Below, in pieces: positions 13,570 through 25,900 of a stretch of DNA of 64,000 bases. The DNA comes from Paragordius varius (Eukaryota > Animalia > Nematomorpha). Within the stretch, counting starts at the first letter, position 1. Each line of letters starts with the position of its first letter. Both the position numbers and the translations under genes were made by a program. The notes beneath the pieces were generated by a model, which had not been told where the DNA came from, did not search any database, and worked only from the letters and a program-made list of their open reading frames with translations. Location of the stretch: the NCBI GenBank assembly GCA_964247055.1, contig OZ176052.1:1178001-1242000 (forward strand), written 5' to 3'.

Positions 13570-14559
13570 ATTTTTGTTAAACATATTAATTTTACGCCTA
13601 CTTACACGCAAAAAATTGAAAGCATTTAACTTTTATGTTTTCACACTGATTTTTAGCCATAAATAGTTTTAGTTTTTGCGTTATAACTGTAAGCCATCTT
13701 ACGAGTAATGTGAGATATATATTAGGCATTCTTATAACGTCTTAAAAAATCATATAAAACTTTTCATTTTAAAGATGAATTTTTAATATAAGACATAAAA
13801 ATATGTTTTTGACATCCTTTTAATAATTAAAAAAGCTTGTATTTTAACTAATTAAGAATACAATTTCAAGCAATTATTTAATTTGAACATTATTGGAAAT
13901 AAATAAAATATATTTTATCAGTAATATATAGTTTACAAAAACTATATAAGCTTTATAAGTAAATCATAGTTAAAATTAGACCATAAAAACCCTAACATTT
14001 GCAAAATGTTTATTTAACGATTTAGGCATCCTATGATTACCACATTTTAATTCTGATACATCTAATCTGATACCCACACAGTATGAGTAAAATACAGTGT
14101 TTGCTTTACATTAAATGTTGCCAGATAAGATATGCAGGAAAGAGCATTGTGATTTATAAATCAACAGGAGCAAAGATAGTTAGTCTTCTTAGTTGCAGGT
14201 TGGATATATTAGTATATCCTAATGCGTTTCGTTTTTTTTTGGAATCATCAATTGAATATAATGAACGCGGGTAGTTCAAGAATTGATATACATTGAGTTT
14301 TTGGATCATTTGAAACCGAATAGAGAGTCGGGTAAATGAATATTTCAAAGCTTAGAGTCCATGAACAACCGATTGTATTGGATTTCAGCCAGATATAATA
14401 ACACATTATAATCATAAATAACAAAAATAAGCTTTATAAATACGTTATCTCCTTATAAGTTATTAATCAACAGGAAAAAAAACTATGGGCTTATTATATT
14501 GCCCTTTGATTTATATGGTATCAGTTAATAAAAAAACTAGTGTATACTTACTGATACTG

Positions 14560-15010
14560 TGAATAGGCTAACTAAATTTAATCAACTTAGTGTTATCTAA
14601 ATTTATGGAGATGGCCACGAATCCTGGTTAAATATATTAAATTTTGAATGGTTAAACAACCTTAGGATTACAAAAAAATATTGGTGCGGTTTACAAAGCT
14701 TTCTATTTTCACTTTCTTTAGACGCGAGGCACCAATATTAAAATGCAGAAATATCATCAACTTATCCGCCCTTTCTGGCCAATTCCGATTATCTCAATAG
14801 TCTTGAGCGCCCGAGGATTATGGAATCCTAAAAATGAACGGTTATTTGAACCACCTAATCAAAATGAAAAGCACAGCCGAGATGAGAAAGGATATAGTTA
14901 ACGACACCAGAAAATTCTTTTCTGATAAATTTTTCGAATTTATCAGCGGTAGAAACTATACCCTCACCCGGAGCCTTCTACCTATGCACAGACCCACTAC
15001 GTTATCATAA
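14560..15010 (+). mobile_element. Fossil 3' end of an R2-superfamily (NeSL/Utopia-like, RLE-type) non-LTR retrotransposon
   Basis: Frameshifted composite KYHQL..SIVLSARGLWNPKNERLF..EMRKDIVNDTRKFFSDKFFEFISGRNY resembles the recalled NeSL/Utopia C-terminus (GSWDPxNE..MRKLMVSDT..EHxTGHRQY). Confidence 0.5.
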
Positions 15011-15291
15011 TGCAATATTCATTACTATAAAACTAACTATACATATATCTATATATATATCTATTATGTAATTTTTAGCATATGTCCTATATCTTATATT
15101 CTTATTTTTTACAAAATAAATAACACTGTAACCCAAATTTTGGGGACAAGGACAACACTTTAAAATTTAGCATGTGTCATTCAAACGTTCTGAACTTATT
15201 TTTAAAATGGTTGAAAGTGAATTTTGATTAAGTTAAATTTTGATGATTATACGAGTATATATATTTGTATGAAATTGTCTCCAAAAATATA

Positions 15292-15602
15292 TACCCTTGA
15301 ACAATTCAAATTTACCCCCGAACAATTAAAATTGACTCTTGAAAAATTCAAATACAGCCTTAAAAATAATTTATGTGTTTTCGGGCTGATATAACTCATT
15401 ATTAATAAGAAATGACTTTTGGCATAGTTTATTATTTTTTCAGTATTATATTAATTTTAGACGAAATTTTTTTAAAAATATAAAAAAATATAGGTTATTT
15501 TTAATTTTAAATAACCTTAGGGTGAATTTGAATTGTTTGAGGGTAAATTTGAATTTTCAAGGGTGGTTTGTGTTCAAGGGTGAATTCGAACTGTAAATGG
15601 AA
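15292..15602. mobile_element. MITE family A copy (predates the duplication; counterpart at 21244-21556)
   Basis: 21-bp repeat arrays at both ends; right end CTGTAAATGG. Confidence 0.75.
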
Positions 15603-17095
15603 TATATTGAATGATTCGAAAATTGTTTGAATTTTACTATACGTTTCGCAATATCTTAAAAAATGGCTGGGGAATCGTATTATGGCTTAAGAATTAATAT
15701 ATATTTTGATTTCCCGTTTTCAGAAAATAATTATATTTTTAAAAGTTTTGAATGATAAACCTATAAATAAATAAAAATTAAGGTTGTGTTCTCTCATCAT
15801 CTGCTCTATTGTTAAAAGCTGTCCACTATATTTAAACACAAATATTTATTTAGACTGAAACTTTATTTCCCTCTGTTAGCTTTAGAATTGTTAAATTGAA
15901 ACAACCTGAAAAGTTTCTATGATTTTGGGGCAAACTTATAAATTTGCATTCAATGTTTAGGCGCATTACTAAAAAACGTTTGTAAAAAACTAAATTTTTT
16001 TTACTCAAACTAGGGCACCAAATACTTTTTTGGAATTTTTAATTGGGTTAAAAACTAGCAAAAATATGGATAAAAAGTTAAATGGGTTTTTAACATAAAA
16101 TCACCTGATGAATCGAAGTGAATTTAACAGTTTGAATTTTAATATCTCCCAGCCTAAAAAAACTTAAGAAATATCCATATAAATATAATGATAAATAATA
16201 ATCATTATTTAGTTTTGAGAATTTTGTCCTGCAATATTTATATATATGCAGCTTGTCTTTGATGGTAAAATCCGGCAATAGATCAGTATCTCAACTAAAC
16301 TCTAAAATTAATTTTCCATCATAAAATGTTAATAAAATCGTTCTATATACAAGTTTAAAATTTTAAGGATTAACAAATCCAACCAGTAACAAGACGTTTC
16401 TTGCATTATATTTGGATTTTAGCTAAAAATTATGTTGTATATATTGCTTTTTTAGTAAAATGCAAAAAATAGCATACTTTGACGCCAGACATAAAAATTA
16501 ACAATCTCTATTGTTTGGTTAAAGTTGCATTTTTAATATCATTTAATGTCTATATATCTTTTTTTTACAAGACATGTTAAACTAAGGTTTTATTAGATAG
16601 ATGTTATCTCAAGATAATTTAAGCTTATCAATTCCAATTTTTTTATGGCTCAATAATTTATGCCTAAATATTAGAGTTTTTCCAGCTTCACTAAAATGTT
16701 TGTCAATCTTACCATGAAAATTTAGTAAATTCCCATTTGATGGATCAATATTATTATTATTATTATTAGTGCCTTCTTAGTAAGTTTAAAATAGGTCAGT
16801 TTTGCCAATAATGAAATTGGAGGAATTATAAATTTTTTCCAATAAACACGACCAATATTTTTTTATATCTTTATTGGTAAATTAGGATGCTAAATTTAAT
16901 ATATTTATACATTAAATTGGGGTATTTTTAACATAAAATTGAGAATTATATGTTGTCAAAAATACCTTTCCTCATGTTAATTTACTGTAAATTGGTATAT
17001 AGACAATACAATACAATAACCCTAATTTTTATTTAATAAATTAGCTCTCATATTCAATAAATATATGGATATATGCTAAATGTATATAAATCGGA

Positions 17096-19851
17096 TCAAA
17101 TAGTTGATATTACACTAACAGATGGGATGACATTTTTTTCATTCATCGCGTTTTCAGTAATTTTATTATCCATTTCAGTTGCCAATAAAGATTCATTTGA
17201 TGTTAAAAGAATATTATTTTTATTATCTCCATTAATATGTGTTGATGAATCCATTTCTGTAGACAAAATATTTCCAATGGAGTTTGAACCTTCAACCAAA
17301 ATTCTTAAGCCATCGTTGTTTTGATCACTTTTACCAACAATATTTAACCTAATAGGTTGGGGGGCAAAACATGAAACCAATATTGTGATTAAAAATGGCA
17401 TTTTCGAAACGAATGCAAAAATATTAACTTATTATACGGCTTATACAATTAAAATAAAATTATACCGACAAAATGCGAAAATTAAAAAAGAAATAAAAAA
17501 CAGCCATACTTTTTACATAAATCTATAAATTAACGTTAAAAAAATGTGGTTGTCTTTTAAATTATTACGTTTTCTCTATATAATTTTAAATTTTACTGTA
17601 AATGCAGTAATTTACAGTATTTTAATATATAATTTACAAAATTTAATTTCTCAAACAGCTATGTTGTGCATAAAATTCAAATTTTTAATCCATTGTTATT
17701 GAAAAATTTAGTTAATCAAATCCTATAAATTTAAAATATTTTGATCAATCAAAACCCAAAAAGTATAATCTATATAATATTTGGTTACTTTTTCATTTCG
17801 TCAGTCGGGTAGGAATCTACCATTGGTGACATTAATTTTTTGCTTTCTATTCATATATGTTTTAATTAAAGTAAAATTTATGTGTAATTTATCCACAATT
17901 TATCACATTCTACAAATGAATGATATAATTTTGATTAAAAAAACAATTTTTTTTGACTCTTATGATTTAAAAAGTATTTTTTTATTTCAATATTCTAATA
18001 AATCAAAAAATGCCGATGCAGTAGGTATTACGTATATAAATCGTTGACAAATAAATCATTAATACGATTAATTAATGCTAATGTAAAAAATATCTCTTTT
18101 ATTGTCATATAAAAATTCAATTTACGGTTTAAATAAAGATAAAGAAATAAAAACATTATAAAATTAGTAAAACCGATATAAATTTTTTTGAAAGTTGAAT
18201 CTTTTTAGTAAACAAAAATCCTATAGACCTTTTCCCTCAAGATTTTAAAACTTGTGTATATAAAAATAGTAAAAAACTTACTATTCGACAACGTTATCGA
18301 AGAGAGTGTCATCATCCCAGCTTTGGACTGTGATGAATCATTTAGATCGGGGAAATTTAACATGCTTGGAGAATTAGTAGTATTATTAGAATTATTAGCC
18401 TGATCAGAAGACAGCACACCAAGTTTAAAGGATTGCGGAGTTAGTAAGCCAAAACTACTTTTACAATGGTAGTATTGATTATTAGCACATTTTTGCAGTA
18501 GTACCCGTTTATGATATAAACTATCACTGGAACGTAATTCATACATGGAACACAAATTATATATGGTATCAGGGTTAGCTAAATCAGTATAGCCTGTACT
18601 ACTATTGGAATCTAACTCGGTTTCAAGCAAATCTATGGCAGATTGCAAATGTCCAGAATATAAATGCGTTAGGGCTATATTGTTAAGTGCCTATTCATTC
18701 CAGTGCAAAACAAAAATATAGTAAATAATAAACAGTAATAAAAATCGAAAAAATATGGTGTATTCTGCCTATCATATCGAATGATTTAAGACACCGAATA
18801 TTATTACAAGAAGTTTAAACATTAATTTTGCACTGCCAAATTATACACCATAAGCTGTATACGTAAGGTATAAGAAGGCAAAGTGAATCAAAGATTGTTA
18901 TCAATTTTATTAGTCAATAATAAATACCTAATGTTGTAAAACAAAGCGGATTACACGAAAAAGAAAATAAAATCTTCGCAATAACCTTTATGTATAACAA
19001 CTGACAAATAAAGTCCTATTATTGTAACCTAGTGTAGTGTTGGGTATGATAACTTCTGTTAAACGAACAATAAAAGCCAAAACTGGAGGCCGCAAAAACA
19101 ACTAATTCGCAAATAGTTGTTTTCACAAGGGGGCATACAATAAAAACTTCGCTTCAACTTTTTTTACAGCTAGTATTCAGATTATAGTAAAAGTTTGAAG
19201 ATAATGCACTCTGGTCACCACTTACTTAAACTTGAACTTTACATATTTAAAACTATCTTTTAAAAATTATTGTATTTAATATAAAGAAAACCATATTATA
19301 AAAAGATTATTTTAACAAATTAATTAGCTCATACCATGTACTACGATTCAGATTTCCCCGTAACAATTTTTTTATGATAAAACTGCGCATACTAGTTTAT
19401 TCTACAATCTACATGTGGTGTATGTTATGAGATATTAAACGGCCAAAAAAATTAAATGTCAGACAGTGGGCATAAAAAAATTTTGGTGTTTCAAAATGTT
19501 TCACAAAAATATTCCAGTTTGGTTTTTATTATATATATATATATATATATATTCCAATTCTTCAATAATTTCAAAATATTTTATTAAAGCGGGCTCTCAT
19601 TTTCCTTGTGAAACCATGACAATTAAATTAAAAAGGCATCAGTTTTAAAGGGTGATAGATTTGAATACATTAAGTATCTTTAGACGAGACAAATTTATAC
19701 ATTAGATTTGAATACAATTTTGATGACACCTTAATATATTTGAATTAAAGTATTGTATCAATTTTGTATTTAACCTGCACACGTCGTTATTTTACCTTGG
19801 TTTAACATGAAAATTTTTTATTTCACAAAATATTGTATATAAACATTGTAA

Positions 19852-19894
<43 letters not shown>

Positions 19895-20419
19895 TTTGCA
19901 ATTCAAATTGCCCTTAAACAATTCAAATACACCCTTGAACAATTTCACCCTTAAACAAATCAAATTCACCCACAAATAAAATATAAGTTTTTTAATATTA
20001 AAAATTACCATCAATATTTTTATATCTATTTTTAAAAATAAACATTTTGTTTTAAATTAAAATAATACTGAAAAAATAAAAAACCATGCCACAAAGATAT
20101 ATTTCATATTTCAAAACATAATTTGCTTTAGGGTGAATGTGAATTGTTCGACGGTCATTTTGAATTGTTCAAGGGTGAATTTGAACTGTAAATGGTATGG
20201 TTTAGTTTTCGATTTACAACAGAGGAGAAAAAACAATCGATTATTATATACATACATATATTATATATATATATATATATAATTACTTACAATGCTTTTG
20301 TATGGGGCATATTCAGTGAAAGAGTCATAGAAATAGGCTCTGGCTTCATCAAACACATTTTGAGTTAAAGCTAATAATCCCTTATGCATGGCAAACGTTG
20401 CTTTCCAATGCAACAACAT
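17096..20419 (-). CDS. Duplicated TRAPPC12 3' exons forming an open N-terminally truncated ORF; complement(join(17096..17348,17789..17846,18282..18690,20291..20419)), 282 aa
   Basis: MLLHWKATFAMHKGLLALTQNVFDEARAYF | ALNNIALTHLYSGHLQSAIDLLE..TIYNLCSMYELRSS. All splice sites and phases match the full gene. An in-frame TAA lies immediately before the ATG. Expression is not demonstrated. Confidence 0.6.
17447..17598. mobile_element. MITE family B (CAGT-type) degenerate copy; counterpart at ~23345-23562
   Basis: AAATTATACCGACAAAA left half and GGTTGTCTTTT..TTTTACTGTA right half, as in 50974-51249. Confidence 0.55.
19890..20197. mobile_element. MITE family A copy specific to duplication unit 1
   Basis: Degenerate left end TATCATTTGCAATTC after a (TA)n run; right end GAACTGTAAATGGTA. 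Confidence 0.75.
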
Positions 20420-20519
20420 TTATTTTTGGTTATTTTCTTATGATAAGCAAAAAAACTAAAATCCCTTTTATATGCTATCTGTTAACAAAAAACTAGTGTA
20501 TACTTACTGACACTGTGAA

Positions 20520-20986
20520 TAGGCTAACTAAATTTAATCAACTTAGTGTTATCTAAATTTTATGGAGATGGCCACGAATTTTGGTTAAATATTCCAAATT
20601 TTAAATGGTTAAACAACCTAAGGATTGAAAAAAATATTGGTGCGGTTGTTCAAAGCTTTCTCTTTTCACTTCTGTTTGAACGCGAGGCACTAATATTAAA
20701 ATGTAGAAATATCATCAACTTATCCACCCTTTCTGGCCAATTCGGATTATGTCAATGGTCTTGGGGGCCCGCGGATTTATGGAAACCAAAAAACGAACGG
20801 TTATTTGAACACCACCTAATCAAAATGAAAAACACAGCTGAGATGAGAAAGGAAAAGATAACGACACTAGAAAATTATTTTCTGATAAATTTTTTGAATT
20901 TATCAGCGGTAGAAACCTGCTCCTTACGAACAATTCCCTATGCACAGCCCCATTACGTTATTATAATGCAATATTCATTACTATAA
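20520..20986 (+). mobile_element. Duplicated NeSL/Utopia-like retroelement fossil (includes the 146-aa ORF 20546..20986)
   Basis: Copy of 14560-15010; DLWKPKNERLFEHHLIKMKNTAEMRK; indels differ from the other copy. Confidence 0.5.
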
Positions 20987-21243
20987 ATCTAACTATATAT
21001 ATATATATATTATATATATATCTATTATGTAATTTTTAGCATATGTCCTATATCTTATATTCTTATTTTTAACAAAATAAATAACACTGTAACCCAAATT
21101 TTGGGGACAAGGACAACACTTTAAAATTTAGCATATGACATTCAAACATTCTTTCAAAATGGCTGAGAGTGAAATTTTATTAAGTAAAATTTTGATGATT
21201 ATATGCATATATATATTTGTATGAAATTGTATCCATAAATATT

Positions 21244-21556
21244 TACCCTTGAACAATTCAAATTTACCCCCGAACAATTAAAATTGACTCTTGAAAAATT
21301 CAAATTCACCCATAAAAATAAATTATGTGTTTTCGGGCTGATATAACTTATCATTAATAAGAAATAACTTTTGGCATAGTTTATTATTTTTTCAGTATTA
21401 TATTAATTTTAGACGAAATTTCATTTAAAATATAACAAAATATCGGTAATATTTAATTTTAAATAACACACTTGGGTGAATTTGAACTGTTCGAGGGTAA
21501 ATTTTAATTTTCAAGGGTGGTTTGTGTTCAAGGGTGAATTTGAACTGTAAATGGTA
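21244..21556. mobile_element. MITE family A copy
   Basis: Counterpart of 15292-15602; ends GAACTGTAAATGGTA-TA. Confidence 0.75.
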
Positions 21557-22991
21557 TATATTCAATGATTAGAAAATTGTTTGAATATTACTACATGTTT
21601 CGCATTATATTAAAAAATGGCTGGTTAATCGTATTACGGCTTACGAATTAATATATATTTTGATTTCCAGTTTTCAGAAATTAATTATATTTTTAAAAGT
21701 TTTGAATGATAAACCTATAAATAAATAAAAATTAAGGTTGTGTTATCTCATCATCTGCTCTAATGTTACAAACTGTCCATTATATTCTTTAAACAATATT
21801 TATTAAGACTAAAATTTTATTTTCTTTTGTTAGCTTTATATAGAATTGTTAATATGAAACAAAGTGAAAAGTATCTATGATTTTGGGGCAAATTTATAAA
21901 TTTGCATTCAATGTTTAGGCGCATTACTAAAAAACGTTTGTAAAAAACTAAAATTTTTTCACTCAAACTAGGGCACCAAATACTTTTTTGGAATTTTTAA
22001 TTGGGTTAAAAACTAGCAAAAATATGGATAAAAAGTTAAATGGGTTTTTAACATAAAATCACCTGTTAAATCGAAGTGAATTTAACAGTTATTTGAATTT
22101 TAATATCACCCAGCTAAAAAAACTTAAGAAATATCCATATAAATATAATGATTATTTGAGAATTTTGTCCTGCAATATTTATATGTATGCAGCTTGTCTT
22201 TGATGGTAAAATCCGGCAATAATATGATTAGTAGCTCAACTAACTCCAAAATTAATTTTCCATCATAAGTTGATAAAATCGTTCTATATACAAGTTTAAA
22301 ATTTTAAGGATTAACAAATCCAACCAGTAACAAGACGTTTCTTGCATTATATTTGGATTTTAGCTAAAAATTATGTTGTATAATTTATATATTGCTTTTT
22401 ATAGTAAAATGAAACACAAAAAATAGCATACTTTGACGCCAGACATAAAAATTAACAATCTCTATTTGGTTAAAGTTGCATTTTAATATCATTTAATGTC
22501 TATATTTCATATTTTTTTACAAGACATGTTAAGCTATGTTTTTATTAGATAGATCTTATCTCAAGATAATTTAAGCTTATCAATTCCAATTTTTTTATGG
22601 CTCATTATAATTTATGCCTAAATATTAGAGTTTTTCCAGCTTCACTAAAATGTTTGTCAATCTTACCATGAAAATTTAGTAAATTCCCATTTGATGGATC
22701 AATATTATTATTAATAGTGCCTTCTTAGTAAGTTAAATATAGGTCAGTTTTGCCAATAATGAAATTGGAGGAATTATAAATTTTCTCTAAGTAATTTTAA
22801 GATGGTAAAAAGATTTTTATACATTAAATTGGTGTATTATTAACATAAAATTGAGAATTATAAAAAAATCTTTGTTTATGTTATACTGTAAAATGGTATA
22901 TAAACAGAATACAATAACCCTAATTTTTATTTTAAATTAGCTCTCACATTCATTAAATATATGGATATATGCTAAATGTATACAAATTGGA

Positions 22992-25900
22992 TTATATAGT
23001 TGATATTACACTAACAGATGGGATGACATTTTTTTCATTCATCATGTTTTCAGTATTTTTATCAATTTTATCCATTTCGGTTGCCAATAAAGATTCATTT
23101 GATGTTAAAAGAACATTATTTTTATTATTTCCATTAATATGTGTTGGTAAATCCATTTCTGTAGCCATAATATTTCCACTGGTAAGTGTGATAGAGTTTG
23201 AACCTTCAACCAAAATTCTTAAGCCATCGTTTTGATCAATTTTATCAACAATATTTAACCTAATAGGTGAAAAAAACTTTATTGTGATTAAAAATGGGAT
23301 TTTCGAAACGATGCAAAAATATTAACTTATTATACGGCGTATACAATAAAAATTGAAATTTTACCGAAATTAGAAAAACAAAACAAAAAGACAACCATAC
23401 CTTTTTCTTAATATCAACTTCTACATAAACTATATACTACGAATATGAAAAAAATTATTGAAGATGTCATCCAATTACACATAAATCTATAAATCTAGGT
23501 TTAAAAAATATGGTTTTCTTTTAAATTTTTACGTTTTCTCTATATAATTTTAAATTTTACTGTAAATGCAGAAATTCACAGTTTTTTAATATACATTTGC
23601 ATAATAATTTGATATAAAATTTAAAATCTCACACAACTATGTTGTGCATAAAATTCAAATTTTTGATACCATTGTTATTCAAAAATTTAGTTAATCAAAT
23701 CATATATATTTTATAATATTTGGATCAATCAAAACCCAAAAAGTATAATCTATATAATATTTGGTTACTTTTTCATTTCATCAGTCGGGTAGGGATCTAC
23801 CATTGGTGACATTGATTTTTTGCTTTCTATTCATATATTATATTTTAATTAAATTAAAATTTATGTGTAATTTATCCACAATTTATCACTTTCATCAAAT
23901 GAATGATATAATTTGATTAAAAAAACAAAATTTTCTGACTCTTATGATTTAAAAAAGTATTTTTTTTATTTCAATATTGTAATTAAACAAAAAATTCAGA
24001 GGAGTAGGTATTACGATTAATCAGTAAAAAATAAATCATTAAAACAATTAGTTAATGCTAATGTAAAAAATATCTCTTTTATTGTCATAGAAAAATTCAA
24101 TTGACGGTTTAAATAAAGATATAGATATATAAAAACATTATAAAATTAGTTAAACCGATATAAATTTTTCTCAAAAGTTGGTTCTTTTTTACAACAAAAA
24201 TCCTATAGACCTTTTCTCCTCACTGTAAAATTTAAACTATAAAAAAGTATGCAAAAAAACTTACTATTTGACAACATTATCGAAGAGATTGTTATCCCAG
24301 CCTTGGACTGTGATGAATCATTTAGATCGGGGAAATTTGACATGCTTGCAGATAAATTAGTATTAGCAGTATTATTAGAATTATTAGCCTGATCAGAAGA
24401 GAGCATACCAAGTTTAAAGGATTGCGGAGTTAGTAAGCCAAAACTACTTTTACAATGGTAGTATTGATTATTAGCACATTTTTGCAGTAGTACCCGTTTA
24501 TGATATAAACTATCACTGGAACGTAATTCATACATGGAACACAAATTATATATGGTATCAGGGTTAGCTAAATCAGTATTACCTGTATTACCAATATTGC
24601 CGCTATTGGAATCTAGCTCGGTTTCAAGCAAATCTATGGCAGATTGCAAATGTCCAGAATATAAATGCGTTAGCGCTATATTGTTAAGTGCCTATTCCAG
24701 TGTAAAACAAATATATAGTAAATAATAAACAGTAATAAAATTCGAAAAAATAAGGTGACTACCTACCATATCGAATGATTTAAAACGAAAATACAAAAAG
24801 TTTAAACATTAAATTTGCAATGCCAAATTATACACCATAAGCTGTATAAGTAAGGTATAAGAAGGCAAAGTGAATCAAAGATTGTTATAAATTTTATTAG
24901 TCAATAATATATGAGTGAATACCTAATGTTGTAAAACAAAGCGGATCACGAAAAAGACAATGAAATCTTCTCATTAACCTTTATGTATAAGAACTGGCAA
25001 ATAAAGTCATATTTCTTGGGAATACATTTGTTAATCGAACAACAAAATCCAAAACTGGTGGCCGCAAAAACATTTAACTCGCAAATAATTTTTTTCACAA
25101 GGGGGGTATAAAATCAAAAATTTCGCTACATCTTCTATTACAGCATATATTTAAAAGAATATAGTAAATTTCGAAGAACAACCCTTACTTAAACTTGAAC
25201 CTTACATATTTAAAAGTATTATTTAAAGATTATTGGATTTGATATAGAATCATCTTATAAAAAGATTAAATTAACAAAACAATTTGCCCTAACCATGTAC
25301 TATTCAGATTTTCACGTAATATTTTTATGATAAAACTGCTGCTCATACTAGTTTATTCCACAATCTACATATGGATGTTAGTAGATATCAAACGGCCAAA
25401 GATAAATTAAATGTCAGATCAATGTGCACATAAAAACTTTGATGTTTTTTAAAATGTTTCGAATAGTTTTTAATTATATATATACCAATTCTTCTAAAAT
25501 TATAAATATTTTATTAAAGCGGGCTCTCATCTTCATTGTGAAACGAACCAAAAATTAAAATTAAAAAGGCATCAGTTTTAAGGAAACAAAAAAACAATCG
25601 ATATTTGAGAAGTAATATATATACCATTTACAGTTCATTCTTGAACAATTCAACACCCTCTAACACTTCAAATTCATCCTAAAATATATTGTGTGTGTTT
25701 TAAGATTATAAACCTTTATTTTTTTATATAAGATTCTGTTTAAAATAATAATTATGATAAAAAAATAATAAACTATGTAGTAAAAATTTATTTCATATTA
25801 ATGATAAGTTACATTAGCCCAAAAACTCAATTTATCTTAAGGGTGAATTTAAATGTTTGAGGGTGAATTCGAACTTTTCAAGGGTGAATTTGAATTGTTG

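Larger units (their letters stand above)
14524..20430. repeat. Tandem segmental duplication, unit 1 (about 5.9 kb)
   Basis: Colinear high similarity to 20484-26125, from AAAAAACTAGTGTATACTTACTGA through CTTTCCAATGCAAC; many substitutions, indels and copy-specific inserts. Confidence 0.95.

Noticed and set aside
20546-20986. 146-aa ORF as a functional gene
   Set aside because: The duplicate at 14560-15010 is frameshifted relative to it, and the best motif match switches frames, consistent with a retroelement fossil.
17073-23235. Plus-strand ORFs 17073..17324 and 22969..23235 conserved in both duplicates
   Set aside because: Antisense to the last TRAPPC12 exon; their openness follows from the 3n indels on the coding strand.
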